Origin: an uncultured Gemmatimonadaceae bacterium
GTDB lineage: Bacteria; Gemmatimonadota; Gemmatimonadetes; Gemmatimonadales; Gemmatimonadaceae
Reading direction: 5' to 3'
DNA: 64,000 bases
Assembly: GCA_963829055.1 (NCBI GenBank)
Contig: CAWHHI010000006.1
Coordinates: 559,331-623,330, forward strand
A program made the translations under genes and the position numbers. Positions 9,737 to 20,441 of this stretch are shown here, one piece after another; within the stretch, counting starts at the first letter, position 1; the number at the start of each line of letters is the position of its first letter. Under the pieces are notes generated by a model. That model did no database searches, was not told the origin of the DNA, and was given only the letters and a program-made list of their open reading frames with translations.

Positions 9737-12402
9737 GCATGCGAGCATGTTCTCGGACATCGTCGAGCGCGTACGCTCGATCATCTTCCGGCGCCGCGAC
9801 GAGCGCGAGCTCGCCGAGGAGCTGCGACTTCCACGCGACATGGAAGCGGAGCAGCTCGAGCGTCGCGGACAGAGCCCGAGCGAGGCTCGCCGGCGGAGCG
9901 CACTGGCGCTCGGCGGCGTCGAGCGGGTGAAGGACGACGTCCGCGACGCGCGCGGCACGCGACTCCTCCACGACGGCGGGCGCGACTTCGGCTTCGCGCT
10001 GCGCACGCTCGCGCGCAATCCCGGCTTCGCGACGGTCGCCATCCTGACGCTCGCCGTCGGCATCGGCGGAACGACGGCCGTGTTCAGCGCCGTCGACGCG
10101 GTGCTGCTCCAGCCGCTGCCGTACCAGCAGCCCGGCCAGCTCGTTCGGCTCTATTACACGGACGCACGACGCAAGGAGGACCGTGGCGTCGTGACACCCG
10201 TGCACTTTCTCGACTACCGCGCAGAGCATGGCGTCGTTCGGGTCGATGGCGGCGCTCGTTCCTGTACAACGAGACCGGCGCCGACATCGGCACCGGCGAC
10301 GACGTCAGGCGCATCCGATTGCTCCCGGTCAGCGCCGACTACTTCGACGTCGTGCGCGTGCAGCCGGTCGATCGGGCAGCGCGTTCGGACGCGACGAGGA
10401 GAACGGCGGAGCGACGGTCGTCGTCCTCAGCCACGCGCTGTGGAAGGAACGGTTCGGCGCGAAGCCCGTCGGCCGTCGGCCAGTCACTGACGATGAACGG
10501 CCGATCGTACACGGTGGCCGGCGTGATGCCCGACGGATTCGTCGATCCGCTCGCCGGCGCGGTCGACGCGTGGGTGCCCGGGGACCTCGGCCCGGGTCGG
10601 GATCTCGACAACGTCGACAATCACTATCTCTCCGTCATCGCGCGGCTGCGCCCGGACGTGACGATCGCGCGGGCGCAGGGCGGAGCTCGACCGACTCAGC
10701 GCGACGCTGGCCGAGCGGTATCCGCGACGCGCGGTACGCGGGCGCGAGGCTCGACCCACTCAAGGAGGACATCGTCGGGGAATCGAGCGGCCGCTCCAGA
10801 TCATGCTCGGCGCCGTGGCGCTGGTGCTCGTGCTGATCTGCGTGAACCTCGCGAACCTGCTGCTCGTGCGCGGCATCGGACCGCGCGCGCGAGTTCGCGC
10901 TCCGTTCTGCGTTAGGCGCGGAGCGGCGGCGACTCGTCCGGCAGACACTCATCGAGAGCCTGACGCTGGCGCATCGCCGGCGACATCGCGGGTATCGTCG
11001 TGGCGCGGTTCGCGATGACGGCGATCGTCGCGACTCGGCGCCGGCTCGATCCCGCGACTCTCGTCGCTCACGCTCGAGCCGCGACTGCTCGCTGTTCTCG
11101 CTCGTCATCGCGTCGCTCAGCGCTCTCGGGTTCGGGCTCGCGCCGGCGCTACGAGCGGCGAGGACGCAGCCCGGCGACGTGCTTCGCGAGCAGAGCCGCT
11201 CGTCGACGAGCGGCGGCGTGCAGATGCGACTACGGCAGTGGCTCGTCGTGTCGCAGGTCGCGCTCGCGTTCGTGCTGCTCGTGGGCGCAGGGCTGCTGAT
11301 CGCGAGCTTCCAGCGAATCCGGCAGGTGCCGCTCGGCGTCAAGCCCGACGGGCGTGCTGACGTTCGAGCTGCACTTGCCGGACGCGCGCTACGATTCGAC
11401 GGCCCGCGCCCGCTTCTACGAGACGGTGGCCGAGCGGACTGGCCACGCTGCCGGGCGTCGTCGGCGGCGGGTGGCGTGATCGAAGCTGCCGGCGACGGGC
11501 GACTACAACATCTGGGGCACGCGAGCCTGTGACCGGTCCGCTCGCGAACACCGACGCGGTCGAACATAGCGGCGCAGAATCGCGTCGTCTCCGGGAGATA
11601 CTTCGACGTCGTCGGCATTCCCCTTGCTCGACGGTCGGCTGTTCGATGAGCACGACGACGCGTCGCGCGCCGCGCCGCGTGATCGTCAGTCGAGCGGTCG
11701 CTGAGCGACTGTTCCCGGGCGTGCGGGCGGTCGGACAGCGCCTGACGACCGGCGACGGCGACCGCGAGATCATCGGCGTCGTCGGCCGACGTCGCGCTCG
11801 ACCCGCAGGGCCGGGCAGGGCGGGTACGTCTATCATCCGCATCGGCAGTTCGCCGGCGACCGAAACTGGGCGCTCACGCAGGTCGTGCGCACGACGGGCT
11901 CGCTGGACGCGCTGCAGGGCAGTGCACGGCGCGTGATCGCGTCGCTCGACCCGCAGCTCGTGATGTACAAGCCCATGCGCGCTCACCGAGGCGATCGGGC
12001 GAGGCGAGGCGCAGCGCGTGTTCACGCTGCGACTGCTGACGACGTTCGCCGGCGTCGCGCTGGCGCTGGCCGCGCTCGGACTGTTCGGCGTGCTGTCCTA
12101 CGGCGTGCGGCTCCGCAGCCGCGAGTTCGGGATTCGCATGGCGCTCGGTGCCGATCGCGGGTCGATTCGCCGCATGGTCATGCGCGAGGGACTGATGGTG
12201 ACGGCGATCGGCACGCTCCTCGGCTTGTTAGGCGCGGTGGCACTGTCGCGGCTGCATGGCGTCACTGGTCTTCGGCGTGAGCGCGCTCGACCCGACGGTG
12301 ATCGTCGGCGCGGCGGTGTTCATGGCGGTCGTCGCGGCGTTTGCGGCCTACTTGCCGGCGCATCGGGCGACGTCGGTCGAGCCGAGCACGGTATTGCAGT
12401 AG
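9733..12402 (+). CDS. ADOP-type duplicated ABC transporter permease, MacB/FtsX domains (many frameshifts)
   Basis: RNPGFATVAILTLAVGIGGTTAVFS..DAVLL.PLPY; VLICVNLANLLL; LVVSQVALAFVLLVGAGL; REFGIRMALGA; ends EPSTVLQ*. Confidence 0.9.
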
Positions 12403-12473
12403 GGAAATCCGGCGGCAGTAGGGATATCCGGCGGCGGCATGGCCAGTATGAAGTGCGTCAGTTACTCAGGTTC

Positions 12474-12522
12474 AGGTTTCAGGTATCAGGTGCAAAAGCG
12501 TTCACCCTGATACCTGAAACCT
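12474..12522. terminator. Hairpin between convergent genes, built from 7-bp TCAGGTW units
   Basis: AGGTTTCAGGTATCAGG ... CCTGATACCTGAAACCT (17-bp inverted repeat). Confidence 0.5.
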
Positions 12523-12577
12523 CCTACTGACGGCTCACACGCTGATAACTGGCCAGGCTGCGAGATGATGCCGGCGA

Positions 12578-13021
12578 TCATTCCACCTCGACGTGGCCCT
12601 TCATACCTAACGCCGCGTGCGGGTCGCACTGGAAGTAGTACTTGCCGGGCGCCATGGTCACCAGAATGTCGTGCGTCTGCCCTGGCAGCTGCAGCATTTC
12701 CGAAGTCGCGGGGAGCCCCGTCTTGATCGTGTTCGAGTCGGGAAGGAAGTTCACGTTATGCACGCCGACCTTGAGCGTGTATCGGATCACGTCACCCTTG
12801 TGGACCTCGAACTCGCTCGGTGAGAAGCGGCTGCTGGTCTCGTCCGTGACCATCTCGACGACGACCACCTTGCCACCTGGAGCGGGCGTCACCTCGCCCG
12901 ACGGCCCCGCCGCTGACGGTGCGGCCGACGGGGAACTGTCCGCCGGCTTCGTCTGCTCGGCGCCCTTGCAACCGGCGAAGACGAACAGCGCGCCAAGCGC
13001 GAGGACTCTCATGCTGTGCAT
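12578..13021 (-). CDS. Plastocyanin/azurin-family blue copper lipoprotein
   Basis: Lipobox FAGC; type-1 Cu ligands HNV ... C-D-P-H-AALG-M; exact start uncertain (13012, 13021 or 13057). Confidence 0.85.
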   Translation of the reverse strand: MHSMRVLALGALFVFAGCKGAEQTKPADSSPSAAPSAAGPSGEVTPAPGGKVVVVEMVTDETSSRFSPSEFEVHKGDVIRYTLKVGVHNVNFLPDSNTIKTGLPATSEMLQLPGQTHDILVTMAPGKYYFQCDPHAALGMKGHVEVE

Positions 13022-13060
13022 TGGATTGTGATTCGGTTGGTGTGTGGAGTCGCGCATCGG

Positions 13061-13864
13061 TCAGAAATCCTTACGCGCGAACGCGCGAAGTCCGAAGGCG
13101 ATGGGAAGCGCTGCCCACAAGCTGAGAGCAGCGATGGCGGCGGCCGAACCGGCCGTCGTGCCGAAGAAGCGCGTGAACACGGCGCCGGTGTAGCCCATGA
13201 GCGCCGCAGTATCGGAGTGGAGCACGAGCAACACGCGCGCGAGGTCGATCGGGTTGGCGACGGTGAGCAGCAATAGCGGGCGCTCCACCGCGTGGTCGCC
13301 GAGGACGACCGTCGCGACCAGCACGACGCCGTCATACAACAGCGACGCCAGCAGCCAGATGGCCACGGCGGTCCCGAGCGCCTTCAGTCGATCCTCGACG
13401 CACGTCGCGACGAGGAACGCGAGCGCACCGAACACCACCGTCATCGCCACCGCGGTGCCGAGCAGCGACACCACAGCGCCGACATGCCGCGCTTCGACGA
13501 GGTCGCGATGCCAGAGCAATGGCGCCGCCACGCCGGCAATCACGGCGGCGCAGAGCGGCAGGGTGAATCCCAGATACAGCCCCGCGTACAGTCTGCCGCG
13601 GCGTACGGGCTGCGCGAGCAGGAGCTCGGTGTAGTCGCGCGAGTTGTAGACGTACACCGTGCCGAAGACGGCGGTGACGAGCGGCACGACGAACAGCACG
13701 ATGCTGCCGAGGCTGAGGAGTGCCTTGCTCTCGCCGCCGCCGTAGCGGAGGAGTCCCTCGCCGGTGAGCGCGAAGAAAAGAGTGTACGCGACCAGCCAGC
13801 GGCTGCGAATGAGATCGCGCGTCTGGTAGGCGATGACGCTGCGAACCGTCGACGCGGCGGTCAT
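13061..13864 (-). CDS. nosY: NosY, ABC permease for N2O reductase maturation
   Basis: Multi-TM; YNSRDYTELLLAQPV.R, NPIDLAR, AALMGYTGAVF, C-terminal RKDF; position in nos cluster. Confidence 0.85.
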   Translation of the reverse strand: MTAASTVRSVIAYQTRDLIRSRWLVAYTLFFALTGEGLLRYGGGESKALLSLGSIVLFVVPLVTAVFGTVYVYNSRDYTELLLAQPVRRGRLYAGLYLGFTLPLCAAVIAGVAAPLLWHRDLVEARHVGAVVSLLGTAVAMTVVFGALAFLVATCVEDRLKALGTAVAIWLLASLLYDGVVLVATVVLGDHAVERPLLLLTVANPIDLARVLLVLHSDTAALMGYTGAVFTRFFGTTAGSAAAIAALSLWAALPIAFGLRAFARKDF

Positions 13865-14574
13865 GCTGCCCTCCGGGTTCGCATCAACTCGGCGACCGCA
13901 CGCTCGAGATTGTTCTGCCGCGTCAGGCGCTTGAGGTCCCACACGGGCCCCGCGAAGCACACACGCCCGTCGGCGAGGAAGACGACGTCATCGGCGAGCT
14001 CCTCGAGGTCGCTCATGACGTGTGATGTCACGATGACTGTGCGCCCGGAATGGCGGTCGGCGAGAACCTTGTCCTTGAGTGTTGCGCTCGACACGGGGTC
14101 GAGGCCGGCGGTAGGCTCGTCGAGGATCAGCAGGTCCGGCGAGAACGCGAAGGCGAGCGCCGCGTTGATCTTTTGCCGAGTCCCGCCGGAGAGCGTGCGC
14201 ACCGGCTTGTTCAGTTGCTCGCCGAGGTCGAACGACTCGAACAGGGTCTCGTCGGCCGGTCGCGCGTCACCGCGCAGGTCGCGCAGCATAGCGTAGAGCT
14301 CCGCGCCAGTGAGGTTGCTGGGGAATCGCGGCGCCTGCGGCATGTAGCCGATGCGGGCGCGGAACGACTCGTCGTCACCTAACGTGTGGCCATCGAACAC
14401 GATGATTCCGGCGTCCGGCCGGGTGAGACCGAGCACCGACTTGAGGAGCGTCGTCTTGCCGGCGCCGTTAGGCCCGACGAGAGCCGTCACGCGGCCACGT
14501 CCGATTGTGAGGTCTACCGCCTGCAGCACATGAAGCGCGCCGAAGCGTTTGCTCAGCCCTCGCGTCTCGATCAT
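13861..14574 (-). CDS. nosF: NosF, ABC ATP-binding protein
   Basis: GPNGAGKTT, LSGGTRQK, LILDEPTAGLDP; lies between nosD and nosY. Confidence 0.9.
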   Translation of the reverse strand: MIETRGLSKRFGALHVLQAVDLTIGRGRVTALVGPNGAGKTTLLKSVLGLTRPDAGIIVFDGHTLGDDESFRARIGYMPQAPRFPSNLTGAELYAMLRDLRGDARPADETLFESFDLGEQLNKPVRTLSGGTRQKINAALAFAFSPDLLILDEPTAGLDPVSSATLKDKVLADRHSGRTVIVTSHVMSDLEELADDVVFLADGRVCFAGPVWDLKRLTRQNNLERAVAELMRTRRAA

Positions 14575-15985
14575 CGGTGTCTCCGGATGGCTGGGGCCGT
14601 GTCGGTGAGTGTTTCTGGCGTGAGCGACGGCAGCGCGCGCTCGGCGGCGTCGAGGACCTGCACGAAGGCACTGCGCAGGAGAATCAGCGCCGGACCGTGC
14701 CGCTCGACGATCATCGAGAAGAGGCGCACGGGATGATGCGGCAGATCGCCGACGCCATCGCGGTCGAGATCGTAGCCGCGGTACGCATCCCAGTAGTTCC
14801 CAGTGAACGTGCTGGCCGGTGTTCGTGAGTTCGTGGCGACGTCGAACGTGTTGCCGACGAAGTCGTTCGCGACGAACTCGCCGTCCACGGTGCTGCCATC
14901 GAGCTTGATGGCCCACCCGTTGTCGATGAACTGATTATCGTCGCGCGACAATGCGGTTCGCGCCGTCCGCGACGAGTGCGGTCGTGTTGTCGACGAAGGC
15001 GTTATGCTCGAGGTGTGGGTCGCTGATCTCCTTGAGCAGTAGCCCGTACGCCGCGGCGCCGCGGTTTCCCTCGAACCGGTTGCCCGCCATCGTCACGCGC
15101 TTCGTGTACATGACCGCGACACCAGAGCCATTCTCGCGGAACACATTCTCCGTGTAGACGCAGTCGTCGGAGTACATGAAGTGCAGCCCGTACCGCAGGT
15201 TCGACTCGCTGACGTTGTGGCGGACGTCGGTGTCGTGCACGAACTCGAAGTAGATGCCGTCGCGATACCCGCGAACGTCATTCCTTTCAATGACGATGTG
15301 TCGCGAAGACCAGAGGTGAATGCCGTTGCCTGACGATGCTTCGGTCTTCCCCGACGCGCGCAGCACATTGTCCGCGATGCGGCACCCTTCCACCTGGGCC
15401 AGGTAGATCCCGAAGAACCCGTCGTCGATACGGTTCCGTTCGATCGTGCATCCGTGTGCGCCGCTCACCTTGATGGCCGCGCGGTCATCCACGTTACTGG
15501 CGCCGACTCGGCGGAACGTGAGCCCGCGGATCGTCACGCTGTCGGCGGTCACGGCCATGATCGTCGTTCCCCAACCGCCATCGAGCACCGCCCCCGAATC
15601 GCCGACGAGCGTCACGCGCCGATCGACGACAATGGTCGGTTCGCGATAGACGCCGGCTCGCACTGTGATCACCGCTCCCGGCGCTGCCCGGCGTACAGCG
15701 TCGCGGATGCTCGAAACGGCGCCGTTAGGCGACACCTCGAGCTCCGCCAGCAGCGGACCGACGTACGGCGGGAGTCAGCAGGCACGTCGGCCGCGGTTTT
15801 GTCGTCGCGACGCATCGCCATATGCCCGGAGTGCACGGCCGCCTCCGCTGTCGCCGCGGACTCGGCGTGACTCATCGCGGCAGCGCCCGACGACCGCCAC
15901 GCAATCGCGCCGACGGCCGCTGAATGCCGTCGTGGCGGCAAGCACGGACGTCAGTGCGGCCGAGGATCGTCCGCCTGGGCGACAC
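14571..15985 (-). CDS. nosD: NosD, N2O reductase maturation protein (frameshifted)
   Basis: Beta-helix with GNGIHLW, RDGIYFEF, RYGLHFMYSDD, GVAVMY, GNYWD.Y.GYDLDRDGVGD.P; GTG start at 15985 is inferred after frame correction. Confidence 0.9.
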
Positions 15986-15986
15986 G

Positions 15987-16640
15987 TCAGGCACCCACTG
16001 TCCGGTGAGCGTCTGCGCCGGCGGCCGTCATGTGCTCGACGCCTAACGTCTTACTTTGCCTGCGGGGTGCTCGGGGCGCGGATACCACCAACGCGGCCGC
16101 GCCGAGAAGTATTGCGAGCCCGGCGGCGATTGCGCCGGTGGACGGCCACGACGTTGCCGTGAAGTTCAACAGCTGCTTCGTGCCGATCAGCGGTGGCTGG
16201 TACGTCATCCCCGGCACCTTGATGATGGCGTTCTCGAAGTCGAGGTCGTGACCGTAGTCGTATTCCCACCGCCAGAAATCGGCGATGCCCACCGCGCCGA
16301 ACAGCGCGAACGCGCCGAGCCATACCATCAGCCATCGTCGCCGTCCCGCCGCGGCGACGGCGAGGCCCGCGACCGCCAGCGCCGCGACGATCCACGGCAT
16401 CACCTTCAGCTCGGGAATCGCGTCAGGCGAGATCACCTTCATGCCGATGTAGTGATTGAGCTGGTTGATCTTCATCAGATCGAATTCGCTCGCGCCGCGA
16501 ACGGTGTTGATGTGGATCGTCATGCCGAGCCCCTCGGGGTACTGAGGGGCGCCGAGGTGCACCGTCCACAGCGGTGTCACCAGCATCGTGGCGACGGCGA
16601 GTGCCGCCGCCACGACGAGGGCTCTGGAGAGCCGATTCAT
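15987..16640 (-). CDS. nosB: NosB, clade II nos membrane protein
   Basis: PLW...APQYPEGL, INQLNHYIGM, WEYDYGHDLD, YQPPLIGTKQLLNF; directly downstream of nosZ. Confidence 0.8.
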   Translation of the reverse strand: MNRLSRALVVAAALAVATMLVTPLWTVHLGAPQYPEGLGMTIHINTVRGASEFDLMKINQLNHYIGMKVISPDAIPELKVMPWIVAALAVAGLAVAAAGRRRWLMVWLGAFALFGAVGIADFWRWEYDYGHDLDFENAIIKVPGMTYQPPLIGTKQLLNFTATSWPSTGAIAAGLAILLGAAALVVSAPRAPRRQSKTLGVEHMTAAGADAHRTVGA

Positions 16641-16671
16641 GATCCTGCTCGGTGAGAGATGCGTGCTCGCG

Positions 16672-18719
16672 TTACTTACTTCCGCCTGACTTGCTTGCGC
16701 CGGACTTGGCCGCCGCTTCCGCCGCCGCCGCGCTCAGTTGCGCCTGCGAGCGCTTGCTGATGTTCGCCACCAACGGAACGTTCGAGCCGGACGGCGACAC
16801 GCGGATGTAGCCCTGCATCTCCTGGTGGAGCGCCGAGCAGAAGTCCGTGCAGTAGAACGGATAGACGCCGGGCGCGGTCGGGGTCCACTTGAGCGTGCGC
16901 GTCTCACCCGGCGCCAGAATCAGCTCCGACGTATTCGCGCCGAGCACCGCGAACCCGTGCAGGATGTCCCAGTCCTGCTCGACGTTCGTGACGTGGAAGT
17001 AGACGGTATCGCCGACCTGCGCGCCCTCGAGGTTGTCCGGAGCGAAGTGGCTGCGGATCGCGAGCATCTTCACATCCACCCGCTTGCCCTTGCGGACGAT
17101 GCTGCCCTCGGACTCCGCCTTCGTCACCCAGGTGTGCGTGTTCTCGGCCAGCTTGCGGAACTTGACCGACTTGTCCTTGATGAGGCTCGCCGGAAGCGCC
17201 TGCGCGTAGTGCGGCTCGCCGATGGTCGGGAAGTCGAGCAGCAGCTTCATCTTGTCGCCGCTGATGTCGAACAGCTGCGCCGACTGCGCCATCTCGGGGC
17301 CGGTCGGGAGGTAGCGGTCCTTCGTGATCTTGTTCATGGCCACGAGGTACTTGCCCCACGGCTGCTTGCTGTCGCCGCCCGGAATCATCAGGTGGCCGAT
17401 CGAGTAGTACGTCGGAATGCGGTCGACGACTTCCCACGTGCCGAGCTTCCACTTCACGACCTCGCTCGAGATGAACATCGACGTGTAGGCGTAGCCCTTG
17501 CCGTCGAACTCCGTGTGCAACGGACCGAGACCGGGCTTCTGCACTTCGCCGGCGAGGCTCGCGTCGTACTTGAGCACCGGAATGCCGTCGATCGTCGTCT
17601 CGAATGCCTTGTCGGCGATCGCCTTCTGCGAACTTCGTGAAGGAGTGAACCGGGATGACGGAGGCGAGCTTGCCACCGGCGACGATGTACTCGCCGCTCG
17701 GATCGATGTCGACGCCGTGTGGCGACTTGGGCGTCGGCAGGTAGTACACGAGACCATCGCACGTCCTTCGGGTCGAGCATGCGGACGCTCGTTTTGAGCT
17801 CGCTCGTCGTCGTGCCTGACGATTCGTTGATGAAGTTGTGCTGGTAGCTCGCGGGCTGCGTCTTCGCCTTACCCTCCGCAACGCACGCTTCGGCGCGGCG
17901 GTAGTTCACAGCGGCGATGTAGTCCTTGTCGTTCTTCGACGCGTTCTCCTCGAGCTTGGTGTTCGCCTGCTCGGAGTTGTACGAGGTGAAGAAGAACCAT
18001 CCGTCCGACGGTCCCTTGCCCGCATGACCGAGGTCGTAGTTGTAGCCGGGCATGAGGATCTGGAACGCGATGTCCATCTTGCCGGGCTGGTCGGCCGTGA
18101 TGAAGGACAGCGTGCCCTTGAAGTTCTGCTTGTAGCTGTCGATCGCGACGTCCGTGTTAGGCACCGGCACGCTGAAGCGCGTGGCGGACACGATGTACTT
18201 CGTGTCGGGCGTCGAGAACGGCGACGCGTGACCACCGGCCGCGTTCGGGATCTGCAGGATCTCGCTCGTCTCGAAGGACGTCAGGTCGACGCGCGCGACA
18301 CGAGGCGTGTTGTTGCCGTTGATGAAGATCCAGCGCCCGTCGGGTACGCCGTTGGTCTGCGACAGCTCCGGGTGATGCGTGTCGTCCCAGGGCACGTTCC
18401 CGAACGTGGTCTTGAGCATGTCCTTCGTCTCTTCGTTGTAGCCGTATCCGTTTTCGGGATTCTGCGAGAAGACGGGGATGACCTTGAGGAGACGGCCCGA
18501 CGGCAGGCCATATACGGCGAGCTGGCCACTGAATCCGCCGGACAGGAAGGCGTAGAATTCGTCGTACGAGCCGGGCGCGACGTACACCTTCGACGCGACG
18601 TCGGTGGACACGAGATCGCTGGTGGCGGGGCGCTGGCTCGCGCAGGCGTATATCAGACTGGCGGCGGCTGCGAACGCGACTCCGGCGACCACTGAGGTGC
18701 GGGAGAGACGACTGGACAT
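16672..18719 (-). CDS. nosZ: Nitrous oxide reductase, clade II (Sec-dependent; frameshifts near 17630 and 17760)
   Basis: CuZ His motifs DTHH, GGH, SPHG, GPLH, IGH, EPHY; CuA site HGF...CTDFCSALHQEM; no twin-arginine, lipobox-like IYAC. Confidence 0.97.
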
Positions 18720-18916
18720 GGTGGATCCTCGAAGGCGAGGGTAGGAGAGACCTGGTGGCGTCTCCGCCACTTGCCCTCAATGTCGCCATTGCTTCGGGAC
18801 CGATGGATAGGGTAATGCCCGCGGCCTAACGTGGCGATTCCCGGTATCCGTGTCAGGGAACTCCGTACGTGTCGGCAAGGTTGGTGGGCTCACATTTCGA
18901 CCCATGAGGTAGAGGA

Positions 18917-19351
18917 ATGGCACCAACGGCGGTATGGCTCCCCTGGGCACTCGGCTCGGCGGTGTTCGCCGCGCTCACGGCGATCTTCGCGAAGATCGGC
19001 CTCGAGGGCATCGACTCCGACTTCGCGACGCTCGTGCGAACGTTCGTGATCGTCGGCGTCCTCGGCGCGTTCGTGGCGGCGACGGGGAAGTGGAGGAATC
19101 CGTTCGCGCTGCCGTCGCGGTCCCTCGCGTTCCTCGTGCTGTCGGCGTTCGCGACGGGCGCGTCGTGGGTGTGCTACTTCCGCGCGCTCAAGGTCGGCGA
19201 GGCGGCGAAGGTCGCGCCGGTCGACAAGCTGAGCGTCGTGCTCGTGGCGGTGTTCGCGGTGGCGTTTCTCGGCGAGCGGCCGGTGGCGCGGGAGTGGATG
19301 GGGATCGGGCTCGTCGCGTTAGGTGTGCTCGTTCTCAGCGTTCGTCGTAAA
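18917..19351 (+). CDS. EamA/DMT family transporter, single domain (stop probably shifted by an indel)
   Basis: FAALTAIFAKIG..IDSDFAT..RT, ATGASWVCYFRALKVG...VAPVDKLSVV. Confidence 0.85.
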
Positions 19352-19447
19352 GACGGCTCGGTCGGGAGTAGAGATCGCGATCGGTCTCACCGGTACCATG
19401 TCGTGAGTTCCACCGCCTCCGATGCCCGTCATGCGACGGATGACTGC

Positions 19448-19508
19448 GCTTCCGCCTTCCGCCATCCGCCTCCGCCTATGGCCTCCTTCCTACGGCCTCC
19501 TTCCTCAG
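19448..19508 (-). repeat. Stop-anchored GGAAGGAGGCC / GGCGGAW heptamer repeat tract
   Basis: Minus strand reads TGAGGAAGGAGGCCGTAGGAAGGAGGCCATAGGCGGAGGCGGATGGCGGAAGGCGGAAG. Confidence 0.7.
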
Positions 19509-19992
19509 TCTGGGCACCCACCTCGGCACCGCGCGTTTGTACTCCTCGTACGACTTGCCGAAGCGCTGCTCCAGGCCCGGCTCCTCGATCGACAGGAAGT
19601 AGAGGTGATTGACCGTGATGAACGCCGAGCGCCCACAGGCCAATGCTGCGGGAACCCGTGAGGAGTGCCTCGCCGATGAGGGTGGTGGCGACGCCGGTGA
19701 TCATCGGGTTCCGCGTGTAGCGGTACGGACCCACCGCCACCAGCTCGGATGTGGGATCCCACGGCGCGAGCGTTCCCTTGCCAACGCGCGCGAACAACAT
19801 GATGCACCACGCCGCCAGTCCGATGCCCGCCATCATCAGCACGACGCCTAACGTGCGCACCGGCACCACCGCCAGGGAGCGCGGCCACCGCGTATCGGTC
19901 GCCGCCTGATTCAGCAGGATCCAGCGCGGAATCACCACTGCCATCATCATGGGAAGCAGCAGGATCGACAGCAGATGCCGCAGCAGCTTCAC
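19505..19992 (-). CDS. Isoprenylcysteine carboxylmethyltransferase/PEMT family protein (frameshift)
   Basis: GKGTLAPWDPT.ELV..GPYRYTRNPMITG; EEP.L..RFG..Y..Y...VPRW after frame correction. Confidence 0.85.
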
Positions 19993-20025
19993 GGGCGCAC
20001 GTCGATCACGATGGTGGCGGTCGCA

Positions 20026-20412
20026 CTAGGCCGGTTTCATCGTGGTGCCGATCCACCACGTCGTTCCGCCGGCGTCCTTCACGCCGCCTCGCTTGTCGTC
20101 ATCACCCTTCTGCTCCGGCGGCCGCACCGGCGTCGCGCCGGCAGCGAGCGCTTTCTGGTACGTCGCATCGACATCAGCGACGTACACGTGCACGTGCGCC
20201 GGCACCGCTGGAAACCCAGGGCCGCTGTCACCCAGCATCAGCACCGTGTCATCGATGCGCACCTCGGCGTGCATGATACCGCCGTCGGGTGCGGGAAACC
20301 GTCGTAGCTCCGCTGCGCCGAACGCCTTCATCAGGAACTCGATCGTCCGATCCGCTCCATCGACGATCAGGTATGGCGCGACGCTGGTGTATCCTTCAGG
20401 CTTATAAGGCAC
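20026..20412 (-). CDS. VOC/glyoxalase family protein (PhnB-like)
   Basis: KPEGYTSVAPYL, IMHAEVRIDD, HVYVADVDA, RGGVKDAGGTTWWI. Confidence 0.85.
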   Translation of the reverse strand: MPYKPEGYTSVAPYLIVDGADRTIEFLMKAFGAAELRRFPAPDGGIMHAEVRIDDTVLMLGDSGPGFPAVPAHVHVYVADVDATYQKALAAGATPVRPPEQKGDDDKRGGVKDAGGTTWWIGTTMKPA

Positions 20413-20441
20413 GGTGCTCGTGATCAGGAGTGAGTCCCGAG

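Noticed and set aside
12396..12443. 19-bp tandem duplication GCAGTAGGGA(A/T)ATCCGGCG as a CRISPR-like array
   Set aside because: Only two adjacent units, no spacers and no cas genes.
18720..18916. FNR/DNR box upstream of nosZ
   Set aside because: No TTGAT-N4-ATCAA-like site found; the weak AGGG..CCC pseudo-palindromes are not convincing.
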